55,801 nucleotides of DNA from Bdellovibrionota bacterium FG-2 (GTDB lineage Bacteria; Bdellovibrionota; UBA1018): NCBI GenBank assembly GCA_051382305.1, contig JBBCAV010000216.1, positions 1-55,801 of the forward strand, given 5' to 3'. Shown here piece by piece: positions 49,597 to 55,801 of the stretch. Each line of letters opens with the position of its first letter. The first letter of the stretch is position 1. The notes under the pieces were generated by a model, which did not search any database, was not told the origin of the DNA, and saw only the letters and a list, made by a program, of their open reading frames with translations. The position numbers were made by a program, and so were the translations under genes.

Positions 49597-49639
49597 TCAC
49601 CAAGGATAAGGGAGCCAAGCGACCCCGTCAACTTTTGCG

Positions 49640-49963
49640 TCAACTTTTGTTCTCACGCTCGGCGCGAAGTTGCGCAAGAATCCGATCAACAGGCGTATCT
49701 AATTTCTTTTCCTGATTGCACTTCGCGCAACAGGGGACGATGTTTCCCTTCGTACTCGTTCCACCACGGGCCAGCGGCACTACGTGATCCAAAGTAAGCT
49801 CGGTGGGCTTGAACTTGCCGTCACAATAATGACACACGCCTCGACTAAGCTGCTCTCTCCACCAGGTCGATTGCCGGAGTTTACGTGCTTTTTCGCGCTC
49901 CTGTTTAAGCCGCACGGGATCGACATGGTCTTGATCTAATTCATAGAAGGGTTTGTTGGCCAC
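49640..49963 (-). CDS. Small HNH endonuclease
   Basis: CHYC, LTLDHVVPLARGG, NIVPCCAKCN. Confidence 0.88.
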   Translation of the reverse strand: MANKPFYELDQDHVDPVRLKQEREKARKLRQSTWWREQLSRGVCHYCDGKFKPTELTLDHVVPLARGGTSTKGNIVPCCAKCNQEKKLDTPVDRILAQLRAERENKS

Positions 49964-49983
49964 TACTCATCGCATAACATACG

Positions 49984-49999
49984 CGGAACGTGCTTTGCA
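49984..49999 (+). promoter_or_regulatory. Putative sigma54 promoter of the KGG stress gene
   Basis: CGGAACG-TGCT-TTGCA with -24/-12 spacing. Confidence 0.45.
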
Positions 50000-50068
50000 G
50001 TCCCTATTTGCGAACCTCATGACCGTAATAGAATCCTTAATGCGGTGAAAACTAGAAAGTGAGGGAGA

Positions 50069-50458
50069 ATGTCAACACAGCCTCAACGATCCCATGAAGA
50101 ACTGACCCCAGAAAAAGCAGGTGGCCAAACACAAGATAAGCCTGGCGTTGGCTTAGCAACCCCTGAAAGTTCGACGCCTGCATCGGCAACGTTCCCGATA
50201 ACCTCCCACGACACGCGCGAAGCGCGCCCCCTTGAGCGTGAAACAGTCGGACCTCATCGTAGAGCAAGAGGAACGGCCGCAATGGACCCGGACACTCGAA
50301 AAGAAGTCGCCCGCAAAGGGGGGATCGCCGTCTCCAAAAATCGGCAGCACATGGCAGATATTGGAAGGAAAGGCGGCCAGAGTATTTCGCGCAATCGCGA
50401 ACATATGGCCAAAATTGGCCGAAAAGGAGGCGCTGCTTCGCGGGGACATAAAGCCTAA
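50069..50458 (+). CDS. KGG-repeat general stress protein
   Basis: ARKGG, NRQHMADIGRKGG, NREHMAKIGRKGG; GGGAG SD. Confidence 0.88.
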   Translation: MSTQPQRSHEELTPEKAGGQTQDKPGVGLATPESSTPASATFPITSHDTREARPLERETVGPHRRARGTAAMDPDTRKEVARKGGIAVSKNRQHMADIGRKGGQSISRNREHMAKIGRKGGAASRGHKA

Positions 50459-51429
50459 AGCTCTATTGTATCGCCCTCGCAAGCAAAGGACCATTCGACC
50501 GCAGGAATCGCAAGCCCGCTTCGCCGTGCAGACTTCACCTGAGAGTCGTAGTAGCGACGTGCTTGAGATTCGGCCGAAAATATCTTCTCATCATTTGAAG
50601 CGGGGTCGTGGTGCACAAACCAAACGCGCTTAATCCCCTCTCGTAAAGCAATATCGAGCCCGAGAGAAGCGGCGGCATGCCCCCAATCCACTTTTTCGAT
50701 TGTCTCCGTCAATGTATATTGAGCGTCAAAAAGCATAAGATCCACACCCTGATAAAGAGGTAAATCCTCGCCTAACTCGGCCCGGGAGACCCGAGTGCAC
50801 TCCGTATCTACACAATGAGAGTACACCTTGGTATCAGCCTTATCTTCAATGCGATAGCCCCAACAGGGGTCCGGATGATCCAGCTGATAAGGCACAACGC
50901 AATAGCCCTGAATCTCAACTGCTTTTCTGGGCTCTAAGGTATGATAAACAATTTGCGCCCCTAATTTTTCAAGGGGAACCGGGAAATAAGGCTTCTGAAA
51001 CAAAGTCCTAAAAACGCTCTGAAGATCCGCTTGAACAGCGTAGACGTGAACCACATTGCCGGGCACAAAAAGTGGGATAAAAAACGGCAACCCAATCAAG
51101 TGATCCCAGTGAAAATGCGTCATCAAGAGATGGGCCTCGCCCTTGCCTTTGCCGCAAGGCCCCGCCATCATCTGATAGCCTAGGATTCTCAGTCCACTGC
51201 CCCCATCGATAATCAAACTACGAGGGCCCGAACTCACCTCAACGCAAAGAGTGTTTCCACCAAACCCACCCAGGCCCGGTTGAGAAGACATGAACCCTTC
51301 AGGATCATTGCCATCCGCGTGAGGCCGCCTCGCAAAGTCAATCAAGACTTCACGAATCTGCGCTCTCAAATGTTCTGGCGTGATGGGCGCAGGGATGGAA
51401 CCCCGCGCCCCCCAAACTTTTACCTTCAT
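50455..51429 (-). CDS. MBL-fold metallo-hydrolase
   Basis: WGARGSIP, GGNTLCVEV, THFHWDH, DAQY, WGH, HHDP. Confidence 0.9.
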   Translation of the reverse strand: MKVKVWGARGSIPAPITPEHLRAQIREVLIDFARRPHADGNDPEGFMSSQPGLGGFGGNTLCVEVSSGPRSLIIDGGSGLRILGYQMMAGPCGKGKGEAHLLMTHFHWDHLIGLPFFIPLFVPGNVVHVYAVQADLQSVFRTLFQKPYFPVPLEKLGAQIVYHTLEPRKAVEIQGYCVVPYQLDHPDPCWGYRIEDKADTKVYSHCVDTECTRVSRAELGEDLPLYQGVDLMLFDAQYTLTETIEKVDWGHAAASLGLDIALREGIKRVWFVHHDPASNDEKIFSAESQARRYYDSQVKSARRSGLAIPAVEWSFACEGDTIEL

Positions 51430-51435
51430 GAAGGG

Positions 51436-51690
51436 TTATTTTTTTTCGTGCGGGCATTTGCCCTTACACTTTTTATGTTTTTTGCAATTCTTGCAATCCT
51501 TGCCTTCTTTGCCCTTATGGCCTTTTTTGCATTTTTCACAGGGAACATCGGCTTTTTCCGCTTTTGCTTCGACTTTAGCAGCGTCATTTGCGACTTCATT
51601 TACAGCCTCTGCGGCCCCCGCTGAAACGGGTGACGAAATCAATAGAAAAAACGAAAATCCCACGGCTGCAGAAATTAATTTCAAATTCAT
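51436..51690 (-). CDS. Small secreted Cys/Lys/His-rich protein
   Basis: GGAG SD, signal MNLKLISAAVGFSFFLLISSPVSAGA, tail CEKC...CKNC...C...CPH. Confidence 0.7.
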   Translation of the reverse strand: MNLKLISAAVGFSFFLLISSPVSAGAAEAVNEVANDAAKVEAKAEKADVPCEKCKKGHKGKEGKDCKNCKKHKKCKGKCPHEKK

Positions 51691-51778
51691 TTTAATTCTC
51701 CTTAGTTGAAGATTGTAAATAAGAAGAATGCAAAAAGCTATTGGCAAAACCAAACAGCCGAGCTAGGAGAAGAACACT

Positions 51779-52276
51779 ATGAAACGTGGACGCCCTAAAG
51801 CTCGCTCTTGTGACTCTCGCTCCTTTGGACCTCTCGGTGATCTTATCCGAAAGAACAGAATCCTTCTCGGTCTTGGCCTCGCGGAAGTGGCTAAGGCCTG
51901 TGAGTGTTCGGTTCAATTTATTTCGAACATCGAACATGGCCGCGCACCGCTTCCTTGGGAAAAAGTTTCCCAACTGGCCTTGGTTCTAAAAATCTCCTTT
52001 GAAGACATTCAAGCGGCTAACCTCTCTGTGCGGTCAGACTTTCGAAGCTTCGTAGGGGGCACCAAGGGTGGCGCCGCAAAAGGCTCAAAGACTCGCGTAC
52101 CAACCGGAAAAACCCGCAAGCCAACGGCCTTCAACGGAACCGCCTCCGCGGTGGCGACTGCGGCTCTGGCAGCCAAGGATTCACACCTGTGCGAAATCCT
52201 GAAACGCTATCAATCTGCATCCATTGACGTGCGAAAAAAATTCGTACGCTCAGCGATGCAAATATTCGATAGTTAG
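51779..52276 (+). CDS. XRE-family HTH regulator
   Basis: IRKNRILLGLGLAEVAKACECSVQFISNIEHGRAPLP. Confidence 0.85.
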   Translation: MKRGRPKARSCDSRSFGPLGDLIRKNRILLGLGLAEVAKACECSVQFISNIEHGRAPLPWEKVSQLALVLKISFEDIQAANLSVRSDFRSFVGGTKGGAAKGSKTRVPTGKTRKPTAFNGTASAVATAALAAKDSHLCEILKRYQSASIDVRKKFVRSAMQIFDS

Positions 52277-52758
52277 GATCCAATCCGCTCAAAAAGTTGA
52301 TACGAGGCGATAATCCCCTCTTCAGTTTGGGTCGGATGGTCTTGAATTTTTCGCCACTCATTGCCCAAAAGTTCGGGGAAAAAGACGTCCCCCTGTATAT
52401 CCGTATGAAGCTGAGTTAAATAGATCCGCTCCGCTTTCGGCAAAGCCAAGGCGTAAATCTCAGCCCCGCCAATGACAAAAACCTCGTCACCCGCTTGCGC
52501 AAGCGCTTCTTCTAGTGCACTCACCCAGACAACTTCTGCCGCCACGCCTCCAGGCCTCGGCAACCGGCTCAGGACGACATTTTTCCGACCAGGCAGAGGT
52601 CGCCCCAGAGACTCAAAAGTTTTACGCCCCATGACGATGCTATGGCCCATCGTGATTTTCCGAAAACGTTTTAGGTCTTCAGAAAAGCGCCACGGAATTC
52701 TGCCCTCTCTCCCGATGCATCGATTTTCTGCCATGGCGACGATGAGTGAAATTTTCAT
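52273..52758 (-). CDS. folA: Dihydrofolate reductase
   Basis: IVAMAENRCIG, IPW, MGRKTFES, LPGR, IGGAEIY. Confidence 0.96.
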   Translation of the reverse strand: MKISLIVAMAENRCIGREGRIPWRFSEDLKRFRKITMGHSIVMGRKTFESLGRPLPGRKNVVLSRLPRPGGVAAEVVWVSALEEALAQAGDEVFVIGGAEIYALALPKAERIYLTQLHTDIQGDVFFPELLGNEWRKIQDHPTQTEEGIIASYQLFERIGS

Positions 52759-52780
52759 ATCGCGCCTTTAAACCGCTGCA

Positions 52781-53590
<810 letters not shown>

Positions 53591-53599
53591 GAAAAGAAA

Positions 53600-54787
53600 T
53601 TATTCAGAAACGCTGAGCAAAACAAGCGCAATCCAATATACCGTGATCAAACCCCACCCATGAAAATCCGTCCAAGCCTCAAAACCCAAATTTCGAGCTA
53701 CAGGGTTCAACTGCAAGATCCACAAGATAATGACCGAAATCCAAAGAGGGGCCCAATGTTTAAGCCATTCTTTTGTGGGCTGGCCCTGTGCAACAGCCAA
53801 CGGAATCGCCACAATAAAAAGGCTCCCCCAACGCCAAGCAAGAGGGTTAACGAGTTGAATCAAAAGCAACCAAGGGGCAAGCCAAACCAAAGGGAGCTTT
53901 CGCGGGCTCACCGGAAAAAGCTTACGCATGTGTAAAACCCAAAAACCCAAAAAAAGCGCAATCGCGCCACCCAAGAGCGCCGACACACTCACACTCAATT
54001 CGTGCCCCGAAAGTCTCCACGCCAATAGGCCAATGGTTTGATTAATGTCTGAGAGAAAAAGGGCGCTTGGCTGCCCTTGAATAAGGAGCATGACCCAGGC
54101 TTGAGTCAGCTCCCAGGCCTGCGACGGTCCCCAAAAAAGAATAGGGAGGACTATAACCCAACTCAGTACCGCAGCAATGAGACCGAGCAAGAAAATGCTT
54201 CGCCGCTTTCGCACTGACTCCCCTGCTTCCACCAGCGATTCGATCTGAAAAGGCATACCCATCAAGATCCAAGGAAGTTTGATGGCCGGCAAACAGCCGA
54301 CAATGAATCCAGCCCAAAAAGGTTTCTCCATCAACCATCGCGCGGCAAGAACGCCAAAAATGAGAAGGACAAAGTCGATTTGGCCATAATCGAGCGTCTC
54401 TAAGATCCCTTTCCACCCCAGACACCAACCGATCACAAGCAGCCCCAGCGTTTTAAGACTTTGAAAAGGGAGCCCCCAGAACAAAGCGGCGCCCAACCCA
54501 AAAATGCTGAGAGCTGAAAACAAAAACCAAGCTCGTTCATGCGGAATCAACGACGCGATCCCGGCCAAAGCAGGAGAATACTTATAAGGAGAAGTATCCG
54601 TTGAAACATAAGGCGAGCTTCCATGAGCCAAACGATCAGAGGCCCGCAAATAGACCGTAAAGTCTCCGGGTGCCCCCGCGTTTTCGGGCGAAACCGACTT
54701 TAGAGGGTAGCGGACAAATAGAACTCCGCTCACCACTATAATCAAAAGCCCTGCTAAAAATCGAGGATTCTGAAAAATTTTTGCCAC
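53600..54787 (-). CDS. GT-C membrane glycosyltransferase (GT87/DUF2029-like)
   Basis: DFTVY..A, SPYKYSP, GQID, IKLP, INQT; multi-TM. Confidence 0.78.
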   Translation of the reverse strand: MAKIFQNPRFLAGLLIIVVSGVLFVRYPLKSVSPENAGAPGDFTVYLRASDRLAHGSSPYVSTDTSPYKYSPALAGIASLIPHERAWFLFSALSIFGLGAALFWGLPFQSLKTLGLLVIGWCLGWKGILETLDYGQIDFVLLIFGVLAARWLMEKPFWAGFIVGCLPAIKLPWILMGMPFQIESLVEAGESVRKRRSIFLLGLIAAVLSWVIVLPILFWGPSQAWELTQAWVMLLIQGQPSALFLSDINQTIGLLAWRLSGHELSVSVSALLGGAIALFLGFWVLHMRKLFPVSPRKLPLVWLAPWLLLIQLVNPLAWRWGSLFIVAIPLAVAQGQPTKEWLKHWAPLWISVIILWILQLNPVARNLGFEAWTDFHGWGLITVYWIALVLLSVSE

Positions 54788-54796
54788 GCATATCCC

Positions 54797-55801
54797 TCAC
54801 GGATAATTTTGCAAATTCTCGCCCGATAACGGTTCGGGCAAACCCCTTGAGTCCTTGCCCAAATAGACAAACCCGTTGGGACAAAACTGTTTTAGCACCC
54901 CTTCGTCGCAACGCCAAAGCCTGCCGGCCCGAAATCTAAAAATTCGCTCAAGCGCGCGGGCTCCGCCATCGGAAAGACTCCAAAAACCAAAATCCGAAAG
55001 ACTTGAAATCCACTCACACTTCTCCCCAGGTTTTTCGCTGCCCGGACGATCCCGATCGATCACAAGAACGAAACCCCGAGTCAGAAGCGGTCTGTGCCAT
55101 ATACAGCTTTGATCTCCCCAAGTCACGCCTTCCGGGACAAAGACGTCAATCAGCGGATCGACGCGCGATACAACACGAGCCGGCTCCTTCATCAGCTCAT
55201 AGGCCCGCAGGGTTACCCCTTGAGCACTGTTCCACTGCCCATAGAGATACAGGGGCAGCCAAATAAAATTCAAGACTATATGAATCCAAACCAAGCCCTT
55301 CAAACCTGACTTCACGCGTGCAGGGATCTGGTATTTCAACTGTGCGAACGCCAAAAATGCCGCCAATACCAAAAAAGGAGTCAGTGGAATCAAAAACCTC
55401 GGCTCGCGGTGAGGCGTCCAAACATGCCCCACAATATAAGGAGCCGAAAAAAGCAAAAGAGCGGGGTTTCTTAAGAGCGCGAAGGCAAACAGCGGAACCA
55501 AAAAAGGCGCAAGCCACGGGGTAAACAAAAACTCAAACCAATGCCAATACACGGCCAACGAATCATTTCCAAAGATACCCTCGACCGGGCCATGGGGTTG
55601 ATTAAAAGCCCAGTAGGCCTGAGCACTTCCTAAGAATTTTCCATACATGAAAAAGTCCGCGATGCCCCCCGCCGCTACCGCTAGAGCGACACCCAGAGCA
55701 GCCGCCAGAAGCGGCTTGAGTTTCTTATGCCGATACAGCCACAAAAACAACGCACCCAGAATCCAAAGCGCACTGGGATAGCGAATCACTGCCGTCAAAC
55801 C
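54797..55801 (-). CDS. GT-C membrane glycosyltransferase (Alg9/GT22-like), 5'-truncated by window edge
   Basis: IADFFMYG, YWAFN, PHREPRFLIPL; multi-TM. Confidence 0.65.
   Translation of the reverse strand, partial: GLTAVIRYPSALWILGALFLWLYRHKKLKPLLAAALGVALAVAAGGIADFFMYGKFLGSAQAYWAFNQPHGPVEGIFGNDSLAVYWHWFEFLFTPWLAPFLVPLFAFALLRNPALLLFSAPYIVGHVWTPHREPRFLIPLTPFLVLAAFLAFAQLKYQIPARVKSGLKGLVWIHIVLNFIWLPLYLYGQWNSAQGVTLRAYELMKEPARVVSRVDPLIDVFVPEGVTWGDQSCIWHRPLLTRGFVLVIDRDRPGSEKPGEKCEWISSLSDFGFWSLSDGGARALERIFRFRAGRLWRCDEGVLKQFCPNGFVYLGKDSRGLPEPLSGENLQNYP

Noticed and set aside
50290-50430. Internal nucleotide repeats
   Set aside because: Explained by KGG protein repeats

Overview
Bacterial chromosome segment, most consistent with Bdellovibrionota/Oligoflexia (inferred from the gene-family repertoire). 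1-32.8 kb is a surface-polysaccharide locus: ubiA/dprE1/dprE2-like genes, epimerase, gmd-fcl, tal, wzm-wzt, a GT2 and rfbBADC. It is interrupted by accessory cassettes (HTH-ImmA/IrrE + PIN, AlbA_2 ATPase, papain-like protease, two MNT-HEPN pairs, DUF4160/DUF2442, two SWIM-SNF2 helicases, Uma2, a Y1-HUH transposase-like gene) and by several deletion-riddled ghost gene copies. 34.5-38.9 kb is the most notable part: an AT-richer module with an unannotated, probably frameshifted secreted peptide gene, an orphan family-5 solute-binding protein and a minimal YcaO, divergent from a hybrid histidine kinase. It is a candidate RiPP-like peptide signalling system, bounded by a large HNH element. 40-55.8 kb is mostly housekeeping (tmk, holB, thrC, thrB, glpD, aspS, folA, thyA, GT-C transferases). 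Several genes show leaderless sigma70 promoter architecture. No rRNA, tRNA or CRISPR array was recognised. All family calls come from motifs read by eye; no database searches were run.
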